Shown here one piece after another: positions 1 through 10,686 of a DNA stretch of 64,000 nucleotides (position 1 is the stretch's first letter; each line of letters begins with the position of its first letter). The stretch covers positions 1,088,001 to 1,152,000 of the forward strand of contig CAXXTB010000002.1 of assembly GCA_963676795.2 (NCBI GenBank), given 5' to 3'. Below the pieces are notes generated by a model, which was not told the origin of the DNA, did no database searches, and saw only the letters and a list, made by a program, of their open reading frames with translations. The translations under genes were made by a program, and so were the position numbers. This DNA comes from Geopsychrobacteraceae bacterium. GTDB lineage: Bacteria > Desulfobacterota > Desulfuromonadia > Desulfuromonadales > Geopsychrobacteraceae.

Positions 1-82
1 CTCTTTGGATCTGGCTGAAAAGGAAGCCGAAAAGCTGGCGGCATCCGGCTATGCCGGCAGTTTTGTTGTCGCCTTTGAATGA
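1..82 (+). CDS. 3' end of an upstream gene, probably a SPOR-domain C-terminus (RlpA-like); partial
   Basis: Frame 2 reads SLDLAEKEAEKLAASGYAGSFVVAFE* with TGA at 80-82, resembling the end of a SPOR domain. Confidence 0.45.
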   Translation, partial: SLDLAEKEAEKLAASGYAGSFVVAFE

Positions 83-321
83 TTGTTCGCTGCTGCTGGT
101 GTAGGATTTCGGTTAAATAGCGGTTTGTTTGTGAGAAATGCTTGCTTTTTTTGGGAACTCCGTGATAGCGTCCGAAATATCAGGGTAGTTTGTGTAGATT
201 TGTACTGTAACAAAACAGAGAGAGCCGCACAGACCAGATTGTCTGCGCGGTTTTTTAGTATGAATGGGAATCCCTGAGATTAACAACTCCCATCTAGGGA
301 CATTACTGAGGAGACAGTAAA

Positions 322-522
322 ATGGCAGAAGGTACAGTAAAGTGGTTTAACGATTCGAAGGGTTTCGGTTTCATCGAGCAGGACAATGGTCCGGATGTCT
401 TCGTTCACTTCTCTGCAATCACTTCAGAGGGTTTTAAATCACTGGCAGAAGGTTCTCGTGTAAGCTTTGATGTTGTTGATGGCCAGAAAGGCCCACAAGC
501 CAGCAACGTCGTTAAGCTCTAA
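322..522 (+). CDS. csp: Cold-shock protein (CspA family)
   Basis: GTVKWFN, KGFGFI (RNP1), VFVHFS (RNP2); GAGGAG RBS. Confidence 0.97.
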   Translation: MAEGTVKWFNDSKGFGFIEQDNGPDVFVHFSAITSEGFKSLAEGSRVSFDVVDGQKGPQASNVVKL

Positions 523-542
523 TATATTATATTTGTAAGTTT

Positions 543-576
543 AAAAGCCCCGCAGCTTTCCTGCGGGGCTTTTTTT
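543..576 (+). terminator. Intrinsic terminator after csp
   Basis: AAAAGCCCCGCAG-cttt-cCTGCGGGGCTTTTTTT hairpin plus T tract. Confidence 0.9.
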
Positions 577-618
577 GTGTCATCATGTAAGCAGGTCGAT
601 TTACCAAGGATAGGACTT

Positions 619-1560
619 ATGGAACTTTACCTGCGCTCCCGGATACTCGATGTTATCGAGACCCTCTCTTCTCAATATCTGCAAGGCAAGGTCCGGGTTA
701 TCCGTCTGGGCCTCATCAACCTGCTGTCCGGCGGGCATCTGCTCATCGAGGACCTGCCCGGGCTGGGCAAGACCTCGCTGGCCCTGGCTTTGGCCGGGGT
801 CCTCGACTTAAGTTTCGGTCGCGTTCAGTGTACCAGCGATCTGATGCCGTCCGATATTACCGGCTTGTCTGTCTTTGATCGTCATGCAAATTCCTTTCAC
901 TTCGTCAAGGGGCCGATCTTTAACAACCTGATCCTGATCGATGAGGTCAATCGGGCCATGCCAAAAACCCAAAGCGCCATGCTCGAAGCGATGGAGGAGC
1001 AGCGGGTTACCGTCGAGGGGGTAACCTACCGGCTTCCCGATCCCTTTATGGTAATCGCGACCCAGAATCCTCTCGACCAGACCGGGACCTATCCATTGCC
1101 CGAGTCGCAAATTGATCGTTTCCTGGCGACCACAGGCGTCGGCTATCCCCCGGCGGCTCTTGAGAAAAAGATCCTTCGGCACGGCAGCGTCCGTGACGAG
1201 CTGGAGCAACTGCAGCCGCTGCTTGAGAAGGAGTCTCTGATTGAGGCCAGGCGTTTTGTCCAGCAGGAAATAAAGGTCAGTGACCGGGTTGTCGATTATG
1301 TTTACCAACTGCTCGAGCAAAGTCGCTGCAGTTTATTGCTGCAAAGCGGCATATCGACCCGCGGCGGACTCAATCTGATCTCGGCAGCAAAGGCCGAAGC
1401 CTACCTGGAAGGCCGGTCGTTCGTCGCCCCTGACGATGTGCAGAAGGTGGCTGTTGCTGTGACTGCGCACCGGATCGTCCTGCGACCGGAGCAGGAACAT
1501 CGTAGCAAAGCGGAGGTGATGACATCATTACTTGCGGAAATTCCCGTGCCTATCGCCTGA
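619..1560 (+). CDS. MoxR-family AAA+ ATPase
   Basis: Walker A DLPGLGKT, RVQCTSDLMPSDITG, Walker B LIDEVNRA, ATQNP; start taken at ATG 619. Confidence 0.93.
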   Translation: MELYLRSRILDVIETLSSQYLQGKVRVIRLGLINLLSGGHLLIEDLPGLGKTSLALALAGVLDLSFGRVQCTSDLMPSDITGLSVFDRHANSFHFVKGPIFNNLILIDEVNRAMPKTQSAMLEAMEEQRVTVEGVTYRLPDPFMVIATQNPLDQTGTYPLPESQIDRFLATTGVGYPPAALEKKILRHGSVRDELEQLQPLLEKESLIEARRFVQQEIKVSDRVVDYVYQLLEQSRCSLLLQSGISTRGGLNLISAAKAEAYLEGRSFVAPDDVQKVAVAVTAHRIVLRPEQEHRSKAEVMTSLLAEIPVPIA

Positions 1561-1562
1561 AG

Positions 1563-2420
1563 TTGACACGAGCCGGAGCCCTCTTTATCGTCCTGACCCT
1601 GTTGTTCGGTTTTGCAGCGGTCAACACCGGCAACAACCTGCTCTATCTGCTCGTCTCTGCCTTTCTCGGCTTTATGGCCGTTTCCGGGCTGCTCGGGCAT
1701 CTCAACCTGCAGCGGGTTGTGCTCAATGCCCGTCCCGGCCAGGAGGTCTATGCCGGCTTGCCGGCGACGCTGGATGTCTTTGTGGCCAATCGTCATCGTT
1801 GGTTGGCCCGCTTCATGCTGCGCGTCAGGGTTGCCGGTGAAAGTGCGCTTGTCCCTGTTCTGCCGGCTGCGGGACAACGCGTGGTTTCCCTGCCCATTCT
1901 TCTGCCCCTGCGGGGCTATCAAAAAATACCTGAGATCAGGCTTGAATCCTGTTTCCCGGTCAATTTTTTCATCCGTTCGCAGCGGATTCCCCAGGAGGAC
2001 GATTTTCTGGTTTTCCCCCGTCCTGTCCATGCGTCCCTGCCGGGCCGCGAGTCTGCCGGTAGCCCCCGTACCGATCAAATCACCGGGCGAAGCGGCAGCG
2101 ATGGGGATATTCTGGGGATAGATGATTACCGTTCTGGCGATCCGCTCCGAGCCGTTCACTGGAAGCTGTCCGCGCGGCAGGACAGTCTCAAGGTCAAAAA
2201 GCAGGCGCGCCTGACTGATGCCAGCGTTATCCTTGACCCCGATGATTTTTCCGGTTCTCTGGAAGAACGGCTCGGTTGTTGCGCGTACCTGATCAATCAC
2301 TACTGCCGATTGCAGCGGGCCGTCGGTCTGACCCTGCAGGGAAGAACCCTGGCACCGGCTGTCGGTGCTCGGCATAAACACCGCTTGCTCAGCGAATTGG
2401 CGCTTTATGATCAGGATTGA
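1563..2420 (+). CDS. DUF58-domain protein
   Basis: N-terminal TM with AAVNTGNNLL; DYRSGDPLRAVHWKLSAR motif; lies between MoxR and the transglutaminase. Confidence 0.88.
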   Translation: MTRAGALFIVLTLLFGFAAVNTGNNLLYLLVSAFLGFMAVSGLLGHLNLQRVVLNARPGQEVYAGLPATLDVFVANRHRWLARFMLRVRVAGESALVPVLPAAGQRVVSLPILLPLRGYQKIPEIRLESCFPVNFFIRSQRIPQEDDFLVFPRPVHASLPGRESAGSPRTDQITGRSGSDGDILGIDDYRSGDPLRAVHWKLSARQDSLKVKKQARLTDASVILDPDDFSGSLEERLGCCAYLINHYCRLQRAVGLTLQGRTLAPAVGARHKHRLLSELALYDQD

Positions 2421-4329
2421 CAGTCTCATACTCTGGCTGCTTTACCTGGCCGTGATCGTCGGGCTGGTTCCGGTTTTTGGCGCCTTGACTCTCTGGCTGC
2501 AGATTCTTCTCGGCTGTTCCGTTGTTGTTGCGTTTTTAACTGATCGGCACAAGCGGGTTGTACTGAATAACCTGCTCGGTGCCGGAGTGGCGCTGGTTGG
2601 GCTGGTGTTTTACCTTCCGCAACTGAGTCGCGTCAATGTTGCCTTGCCGCTGATCCACATCCTCTGCCTGCTGCTGGTGGTCAGGCTTCTGGGCAGAAAG
2701 ACTGCCCGTAATATCCTGCAGACCTTTCTGTTGGCCGTCGCCGTGCTTGCCGCTTCATCACTGCTTGAGTTGAGCATGGTCTATCTCTTCTGTCTAATCG
2801 TTCTTGTCCTGCTGTTATCCACTGGTCTTATCCTGCTCAGTTTTATCGATTCGCAGCATGAGGTCAGGCTCACAGCTGATGAACTTAAAAGCCTGTTGCG
2901 GCCGATTCTGCTGCTTCCCGTGGCATCGCTGGTTCTGATGGCGATGCTGTTCATCATTCTGCCGCGCACCCAGACTCCGTTCTGGAATTTTCTGAATCCG
3001 TCGCCCAGGGCGACAGTATCTATGAGCGACCAAGTCAGCCCAGGGGATTATGCCGAGCTCTCGCTGAGTGGTGAGGTGGCTTTTCGCGTTGAGACGGAAC
3101 GGTTGCCAGCCGGACAGGAGTACTGGCGCGGATTGGTTCTCAACCAGATCGATGCGCAGGGGAGACGCTGGTCGCGCCAGGAGCTTGATGTAAATGAGCG
3201 CAGCAGCTTGCAGGGGCAATCCGTCAGTTTGACCGTCTTGGCCGAGACCAAGGCCGATCGTTATCTGGTCACCCTGGACCGGACTGCCGGGCTGTCGGGT
3301 ATCCGTCATCGCCAGGCGGCAGACGGTACGATGACGGCATCACGTGGCGAGCAGGGGCGGCAGCGCTACCAGCTCACATCCTATCCGGATGCCTTGTATG
3401 AGCTGATCGGTAAGGCGGATACCTACCGGCAGCTGCCCGAGAGTTCGTTGCCGCGGCTTGAAGCGGTGGCTCGCCAGATTGTTTCAGGGGGAACGACGAT
3501 GAAGGACAGAGTCGCCGCACTCGACCGATTTTTCCTCAACCAGCAGCTTGTCTATTCAACGCAGCAGCTTGAGCAGACCGATGCGCCGATCGAGACCTTT
3601 CTGTTCGAGACGAAACGCGGCTACTGTGAATATTTCGCCTCTTCCTACGCACTGCTGTTGAGGATGAGCGGTGTTCCTGCCCGGCTGGTCGGCGGCTATC
3701 TTGGCGGCGTCTATAATTCGCTTGGCGGGTACTATCTGGTGGGTGAAGATAGTGCCCACGTCTGGGTTGAGGCGCTGAATGATGAGCGTGTCTGGCTGCG
3801 GATTGATCCGAGCCGCTTGGCGGTGAATGCTGAAAGCGCAATCACAGCCGGCCGCAGTCGTAATATCCCGGGGTTGCAGGCCCTGTCCGACTATCTTTAC
3901 TATCTCTGGACACGGGCCATTCTGAATTACGATTTTGCCAGGCAGTTTAATCTGTTCAGGAGTGCCAGCACAAAACTGAAAGGGGTTGTCGGCCTTAAGC
4001 CGTTGGCTGGAAAGAATCTGCTCTGGGGAGGTCTCGTGCTGTTCCCCGTCCTTGTCTGGCTGCTCTATCGTCGTCTGCAGCTCTCTTCATTGATCCGCGC
4101 CTATCGCAAGCGAATCGCCCGTTGCTGCGGAGTCAAATCTCTGCCGGAGTCATTGGGGCTTTACCGAATAGCTGAGCGGAGCGGTGATCCCCTCTGTCGC
4201 GATTTTGCGGAGAGCTGCGGAGCGGCCCTTTATGGGGGTAAGAAGTTGGGCTGGGAGGAGAGAAGACGACTGCGAAAGCTCATTTCTGCCTTGCACAAGC
4301 AGCGTTTTGATTCTTCGCTGGCGCAGTAG
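2407..4329 (+). CDS. TgpA-like membrane transglutaminase-domain protein (DUF3488 plus transglutaminase core)
   Basis: Multi-TM N-terminus, LPR motif, YWRG; catalytic triad GYCEYFAS / AHVWVE / RIDP. Confidence 0.88.
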   Translation: MIRIDSLILWLLYLAVIVGLVPVFGALTLWLQILLGCSVVVAFLTDRHKRVVLNNLLGAGVALVGLVFYLPQLSRVNVALPLIHILCLLLVVRLLGRKTARNILQTFLLAVAVLAASSLLELSMVYLFCLIVLVLLLSTGLILLSFIDSQHEVRLTADELKSLLRPILLLPVASLVLMAMLFIILPRTQTPFWNFLNPSPRATVSMSDQVSPGDYAELSLSGEVAFRVETERLPAGQEYWRGLVLNQIDAQGRRWSRQELDVNERSSLQGQSVSLTVLAETKADRYLVTLDRTAGLSGIRHRQAADGTMTASRGEQGRQRYQLTSYPDALYELIGKADTYRQLPESSLPRLEAVARQIVSGGTTMKDRVAALDRFFLNQQLVYSTQQLEQTDAPIETFLFETKRGYCEYFASSYALLLRMSGVPARLVGGYLGGVYNSLGGYYLVGEDSAHVWVEALNDERVWLRIDPSRLAVNAESAITAGRSRNIPGLQALSDYLYYLWTRAILNYDFARQFNLFRSASTKLKGVVGLKPLAGKNLLWGGLVLFPVLVWLLYRRLQLSSLIRAYRKRIARCCGVKSLPESLGLYRIAERSGDPLCRDFAESCGAALYGGKKLGWEERRRLRKLISALHKQRFDSSLAQ

Positions 4330-4344
4330 CAGAGCAGAATGCTA

Positions 4345-4385
4345 TAAACAGCCGGGTCTCGACTGTAGCGAGCCCCGGCTGTTTA
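4345..4385. terminator. Hairpin between the convergent transglutaminase and tgt genes (probable bidirectional terminator)
   Basis: TAAACAGCCGGG...CCCGGCTGTTTA 12-bp inverted repeat. Confidence 0.65.
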
Positions 4386-4387
4386 GA

Positions 4388-5512
4388 TCAGGATTTTCTC
4401 CCTTTGGGCTTTTCGAGATATTCTTCCAGGAACTGGGTCTTGAACGCCATGTAGTCGTTATTTTCGATCGCTTTGCGGGCATCGGCGACCATGTTCAGGT
4501 AGAACCTGACGTTGTGAATGGCGGCCAGGGTCGCCGAGAGGATCTCGTTGGCATTGAACAGATGGTGCAGGTAGGCCCTGGTGAAATTCCGGCAGCAGTA
4601 ACAATCGCAGGACGCATCGACCGGGAAAAAGTCGCGGCGGAAATTGCGGTTGGTCAGGCGGATCTTGCCGCGCCGGGTGAAGAGCGTCGCACTGCGGGCA
4701 TAGCGGGTCGGAATGACGCAGTCGAACATGTCCATGCCGCGTTCGATCGATTCTAGAATATCCTCAGGCAGACCGACTCCCATCAGGTAGCGCGGCTTGT
4801 TCTTCGGCATGAAAGGCTCGGTATAGTCGACGACCTTTTTGAGCAGTTCGAGTCCCTCGCCGACGCTGACCCCGCCGATAGCATAGCCGGGAAAGTCCAT
4901 GGCGGTCAGTTCCTTGGCACATTCGCGGCGCAGGTCGTCATAGACGCTGCCCTGAATGATGCCGAACAGGGCCTGATCCTCGCGGCCGTGATGCTTCAGG
5001 CAGCTCTCCGCCCAGCGCAGGGTTTTCTTGATCGATTTTGCCGCATAGTCGTGGCTCGCCGGGTAGGGGATGCACTCGTCGAAGGCCATGATGATATCGG
5101 CGCCGAGATCGTTTTCGATCTGCATCGCTTCTTTGGGCCCAAGGAAGATCTCTTCTCCGGTCACCTCGTGACGGAAGTGAACTCCGTCTTCACCGATCCG
5201 CTTCTTTGGCAGGGAAAAAACCTGGAAGCCGCCACTGTCGGTCAGGATCGGTCTGTTCCAGTTCATGAACTTGTGCAGTCCGCCGGCCTTTTTGACCAGG
5301 GCTTCCCCCGGCTTGAGGTGCAGATGGTAGGTGTTGGAAAGGATGATCTGAGCTTCGGCTTCCTCAACCTGGGCCGGGGTCATGGCTTTGAGCGCACCAT
5401 GGGTGCCGACCGGCATGAAAATCGGGGTTTCGATCGTCCCGTGCGGGGTTTCCAGACGACCACGTCGGGCGCGGCTGCCGGAATCTTCTTTTAAAAGCGT
5501 AAATTGAAACAT
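4388..5512 (-). CDS. tgt: tRNA-guanine transglycosylase, paralogue 1 (outside the queA operon)
   Basis: [34 protein letters not shown], Zn site CDCYCC...H; start ATG 5512 after a GGAG RBS. Confidence 0.93.
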   Translation of the reverse strand: MFQFTLLKEDSGSRARRGRLETPHGTIETPIFMPVGTHGALKAMTPAQVEEAEAQIILSNTYHLHLKPGEALVKKAGGLHKFMNWNRPILTDSGGFQVFSLPKKRIGEDGVHFRHEVTGEEIFLGPKEAMQIENDLGADIIMAFDECIPYPASHDYAAKSIKKTLRWAESCLKHHGREDQALFGIIQGSVYDDLRRECAKELTAMDFPGYAIGGVSVGEGLELLKKVVDYTEPFMPKNKPRYLMGVGLPEDILESIERGMDMFDCVIPTRYARSATLFTRRGKIRLTNRNFRRDFFPVDASCDCYCCRNFTRAYLHHLFNANEILSATLAAIHNVRFYLNMVADARKAIENNDYMAFKTQFLEEYLEKPKGRKS

Positions 5513-5592
5513 GCGCTGGAACTCCATTGTCTGATATAAACACTGACGTATAACAGATATCATATCACTGGTGCAATCGAATCGGAGGAATA

Positions 5593-6543
5593 ATGATCTA
5601 TCAGGCGCCATACCCTTCGGAATTGGCGGGGCTGGAATATGTCAGATTATACCTTTATCTGCGCATGGAGGAGGATGTTTATCTGCCTCCGGGAACCATG
5701 CTTCAGCTGCGGCGGGAATTACTTTCCGCTCTGAAGCTTTTGGAGCGGGAGCGTGAGCCTGAAGATCTGGCTACGTTGCGCCAGATCCTGGCACCAGCTC
5801 CCCCGCAGGACAGCGAACTGTGTCGCCGGGTTCAGCGTCCGTCCGCCTCGCTGGTTCTGTCTCCTGAGCTTGGCCTCGAAGAGCTGAGGGTTGGTGCCGA
5901 ACTCTGCCTGCCGGTTCTGTTGCTGGGCAGGTGCATCACCTGTCTCCCTCAGATTCTTGACCTGGTCGAGGCTGTAGGGACGATTGGTCTTCACAAGGGA
6001 AGAGGACGTTTCAGTCTGAATATTGTCGAAGCGGAAGATCCGAGCGGGGTCCGGTCCTTTCTCTGGCAGAACGGGGCGCCACGCCCCGAACTGACACCGC
6101 CGGTCAGCGACCTTGGCTGGTGGCTCGATGGCCAGGGCTTGGCGGCAGAAACCCTGACGCTGGAGTTTCTGACTCCGGCTCGGCTGATACGTGACCAGCG
6201 GCCGCTGTTCAAAGCGAATTTTTCAGAGCTCTTCCCTTTCATCCTGCGCCGGGTCAGCCAGGTTCTCGGTCAGCATCTGGAGACGGTTTCCATAGATACC
6301 CCTGACTATCTGATCCGTCAGGCGGCAACTCTGGCGGTTGCAGATTCTTCCCTTAATTGGTTCGACTGGAGGAGTCTGGAGCGTGACCAGGGAAAACAGA
6401 GCCTGGGCGGTTTGCTCGGGACAATCTGCGTCGCAGGGGATGCGTTGGGAGAGCTGTTCTGGATTCTCAAGCTGGGTGAACTGTTGCAGATCGGCAAGGG
6501 GGCGGCCTTCGGGGCCGGGCGCTATCGGCTGATCAAGGCTTGA
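5593..6543 (+). CDS. Stand-alone Cas6-like RAMP-family endoribonuclease homologue
   Basis: C-terminal G-rich loop QIGKGAAFGAGRY, internal GLHKGRGRF, LEFLTPARL and LGGLLG segments typical of Cas6; GGAGG RBS; no other cas gene or array in the window. Confidence 0.75.
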   Translation: MIYQAPYPSELAGLEYVRLYLYLRMEEDVYLPPGTMLQLRRELLSALKLLEREREPEDLATLRQILAPAPPQDSELCRRVQRPSASLVLSPELGLEELRVGAELCLPVLLLGRCITCLPQILDLVEAVGTIGLHKGRGRFSLNIVEAEDPSGVRSFLWQNGAPRPELTPPVSDLGWWLDGQGLAAETLTLEFLTPARLIRDQRPLFKANFSELFPFILRRVSQVLGQHLETVSIDTPDYLIRQAATLAVADSSLNWFDWRSLERDQGKQSLGGLLGTICVAGDALGELFWILKLGELLQIGKGAAFGAGRYRLIKA

Positions 6544-6658
6544 AACCATGAGCAACAGCGGCTATTATCAAAATAGTTCTTTTGGATCGGCAGGTTATCT
6601 TTTTGGGGGCACGGACTTAGGCGGGTTTTGCTGACTCATCTCGATCGGAGGAGTGCAG

Positions 6659-7039
6659 ATGTTCTGGTTCATTCTTTTGCTGTTGGTTATCGGCGCCGGA
6701 TTCTACTTCTACAGCAGCATGAAAGAGGTGGATGACGAAATCAAAGAGTCACGGATACTCTTCCCACCCGGGAAGGTCGAGCCTGGGCCGTCCGTTGTTT
6801 CTGAGGCGGTGGTGGCCGCTGAACCCGCTGCGGTGGTCAATGACGGGCCACCGGCAGGATCGCTTGAGGCCGAGGTTTTGCGCCTGGTCGCCGCGACCCC
6901 CGGAATGAAGCAGACCGATCTTTATCCGCATCTGGCCGATGTGAATAAAAAGTCGATTCAGCAGATGGTCAGGGTGCTGGCGGATGACGGCCGTATCCGC
7001 CGCGAGAAAAGCGGCAGCAGTTACCTGCTCTATCCGTAA
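6659..7039 (+). CDS. Small protein with an N-terminal membrane anchor and a C-terminal winged-helix-like domain
   Basis: MFWFILLLLVIGAGFYFY TM; C-terminal PGMKQTDLY...IQQMVRVLADDGRIRREKSGSSYLL; GGAGGAG RBS before ATG 6659. Confidence 0.6.
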   Translation: MFWFILLLLVIGAGFYFYSSMKEVDDEIKESRILFPPGKVEPGPSVVSEAVVAAEPAAVVNDGPPAGSLEAEVLRLVAATPGMKQTDLYPHLADVNKKSIQQMVRVLADDGRIRREKSGSSYLLYP

Positions 7040-7079
7040 ATGAAAAAAGGGGCTGATTTCAGCCCCTTTTTTCATTTAC
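7036..7079. terminator. Bidirectional intrinsic terminator
   Basis: Perfect 21-bp inverted repeat GTAAATGAAAAAAGGGGCTGA/TCAGCCCCTTTTTTCATTTAC between convergent genes. Confidence 0.9.
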
Positions 7080-7091
7080 TTGCCTACCTAC

Positions 7092-8393
<1,302 letters not shown>

Positions 8394-8687
8394 TCACAAT
8401 CAGGTCGAAAGGTTTATGGTGCGGATGAAATAACAAATCCTGTTTTAAAAGGCGCGACATTTATAACATATACCATAAGAAATTGTAGTCGTTTTTTGTT
8501 CCGTCCGGAAAAGGGATATTCGTCGTTCTGCGGGTCGGTTTTCCGCTGCTGTTTTTGTTTCAGAGCTGAAGATCGCTGTCCGTGGCGAGGTCCGGACCTG
8601 GTCCCGCTGACGGGATAAAAACTTGACCCCCCTTATGATTTAAAAGTAAACTCGGCGACTTATTCCACTGCAAGGAGATTTAAGAAT

Positions 8688-10520
8688 ATGGCAAGGACAC
8701 TCAGAAGCGCAACCAGCAGGCACGGCAGGCTTATGGCCGGTGCCCGATCCCTATGGAAGGCCAACGGTATGACAGAAGGGCAGATGGACAAGCCCGTTAT
8801 TGCCATTGCCAATTCCTTTACCCAATTTGTACCCGGTCACGTTCACCTGCACAACGTGGGGCAGCGCATCAAGAAGCGCATCGAGGAAGCGGGTTGTTTT
8901 GCTGCCGAGTTCGATACCATTGCCATCGATGACGGCATTGCCATGGGCCATGGCGGGATGCTCTATTCCCTCCCTTCCCGCGAGATCATCGCCGACAGCG
9001 TTGAGTATATGGTCAACGCTCACTGTGCTGATGCGCTGGTCTGCATCTCGAACTGCGACAAGATCACCCCGGGCATGCTGATGGCGGCCATGCGTATCAA
9101 TATTCCGGTGGTTTTTGTCTCCGGCGGTCCGATGGAAGCCGGCAAGGTTGACGACAAGAGCCTCGACCTGATCGATGCCATGATCATGGCCGGTGATGAG
9201 TCGGTTTCAGATGATGAGCTTTCCCGCGTTGAAAACTCTGCCTGTCCGACCTGCGGCTCCTGTAGCGGCATGTTTACCGCCAACTCGATGAACTGTCTGG
9301 TTGAGGCCCTCGGTCTTGGCCTGCCTGGTAACGGGACCACCCTGGCGACCCACAGCGAGCGGGCCGGTCTGTTTGACCGCGCTGCTGATCTGATCGTTGA
9401 ACTGGCCGATCGCTACTACATGCAGGAGGACGATTCCGTTCTGCCGCGTGCGATTGCCACCAAGAAGGCCTTTGAAAACGCCATGGCTTTGGATATCGCC
9501 ATGGGCGGTTCGACTAATACCATCCTGCATATCCTGGCTGTCGCCCAGTCGGGCGATGTCGATTTTACCCTGAACGATATCGATCGCCTCAGCCGTGTGG
9601 TTCCCTGTCTCTGTAAGGTTGCGCCGAATTCACAGAAATACCATATCGAAGACGTCCATCGCGCCGGCGGTATCTTTGGTATCCTGGGTGAGCTCGACCG
9701 CGCCGGTCTGATCGATTCCTCTGCTGGCCGGATCGATGCTCCGACCCTGTCCGACGCTCTCGATCAGTGGGATATCGCCCGCCAGAGCGCGACCGAAAGA
9801 GCCAACGAGTTCTACCGTGCGGCCCCGGGTGGTGGGCGCAACCTGGAGATGGGCAGCCAGTCCAACCGCTACAAAGAGGTTGATGTCGATCGTGACAACG
9901 GTTGTATCCGCAGCCTGGCCAATGCCTATACCGTTGACGGCGGACTCGCTGTTCTGTTCGGTAATATTGCTGAAGCCGGTGCCGTGGTTAAAACCGCTGG
10001 CGTCGACGAATCGATCTTTACCTTCTCAGGGACCGCCAAGGTTTTTGATTCTCAGGACGACGCCGTCGAGGGGATACTGGGCGGCAAGATTGTTGCCGGT
10101 GATGTTGTCATTATCCGTTATGAAGGTCCAAAGGGCGGTCCTGGTATGCAGGAAATGCTCTATCCGACCAGCTATCTGAAGTCGATGAAACTGGGTAAGG
10201 CCTGTGCTCTCTTGACTGACGGTCGTTTCTCCGGTGGTACCTCCGGCCTGTCGATCGGTCACGCATCCCCTGAGGCGGCCTCTGGCGGTGCTATCGGCCT
10301 GGTTCGCGAGGGAGATATCATCGATATCAATATCCCGGAGCGCACGCTGAATCTGCGTGTTGATGAAAAGGAGCTGGCCCAGCGTCGTGCTGAAGAGGAT
10401 GCCAAAGGACGTGACAGCTGGAAGCCGCAGCGTGAGCGTGAAGTCAGTCCGGCCCTGAAAGCCTATGCTCACCTTGCCTCCAGTGCAGACAAGGGCGCTG
10501 TCAGGGTTCTTCCTGACTAG
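8688..10520 (+). CDS. ilvD: Dihydroxy-acid dehydratase
   Basis: [53 protein letters not shown]. Confidence 0.98.
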   Translation: MARTLRSATSRHGRLMAGARSLWKANGMTEGQMDKPVIAIANSFTQFVPGHVHLHNVGQRIKKRIEEAGCFAAEFDTIAIDDGIAMGHGGMLYSLPSREIIADSVEYMVNAHCADALVCISNCDKITPGMLMAAMRINIPVVFVSGGPMEAGKVDDKSLDLIDAMIMAGDESVSDDELSRVENSACPTCGSCSGMFTANSMNCLVEALGLGLPGNGTTLATHSERAGLFDRAADLIVELADRYYMQEDDSVLPRAIATKKAFENAMALDIAMGGSTNTILHILAVAQSGDVDFTLNDIDRLSRVVPCLCKVAPNSQKYHIEDVHRAGGIFGILGELDRAGLIDSSAGRIDAPTLSDALDQWDIARQSATERANEFYRAAPGGGRNLEMGSQSNRYKEVDVDRDNGCIRSLANAYTVDGGLAVLFGNIAEAGAVVKTAGVDESIFTFSGTAKVFDSQDDAVEGILGGKIVAGDVVIIRYEGPKGGPGMQEMLYPTSYLKSMKLGKACALLTDGRFSGGTSGLSIGHASPEAASGGAIGLVREGDIIDINIPERTLNLRVDEKELAQRRAEEDAKGRDSWKPQREREVSPALKAYAHLASSADKGAVRVLPD

Positions 10521-10686
10521 GTTGTGAATGAATCAGGGCGCTGGATAGTTTGTTTGTCCAGCTCTTATTCGCTATGCCAGCTGTTTCGTGCTGGCCTTGG
10601 TCGTTATATCTTTGTACCTGTACAACCGTTGCTAGGCTTTTGCGGTTGAAGTTTTGACTGTCAAAACAACAAGGAGAATATAGAAC

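Noticed and set aside
83..277. 64-aa ORF upstream of csp
   Set aside because: TTG start without an RBS and no homology cues; the region is better explained as the csp promoter and 5' UTR.
10521..10686. SAH or SAM riboswitch upstream of ahcY
   Set aside because: Only short hairpins and a partial GGGCGCTG match. I could not place the conserved SAH or SAM-I core; an Rfam scan would settle it.
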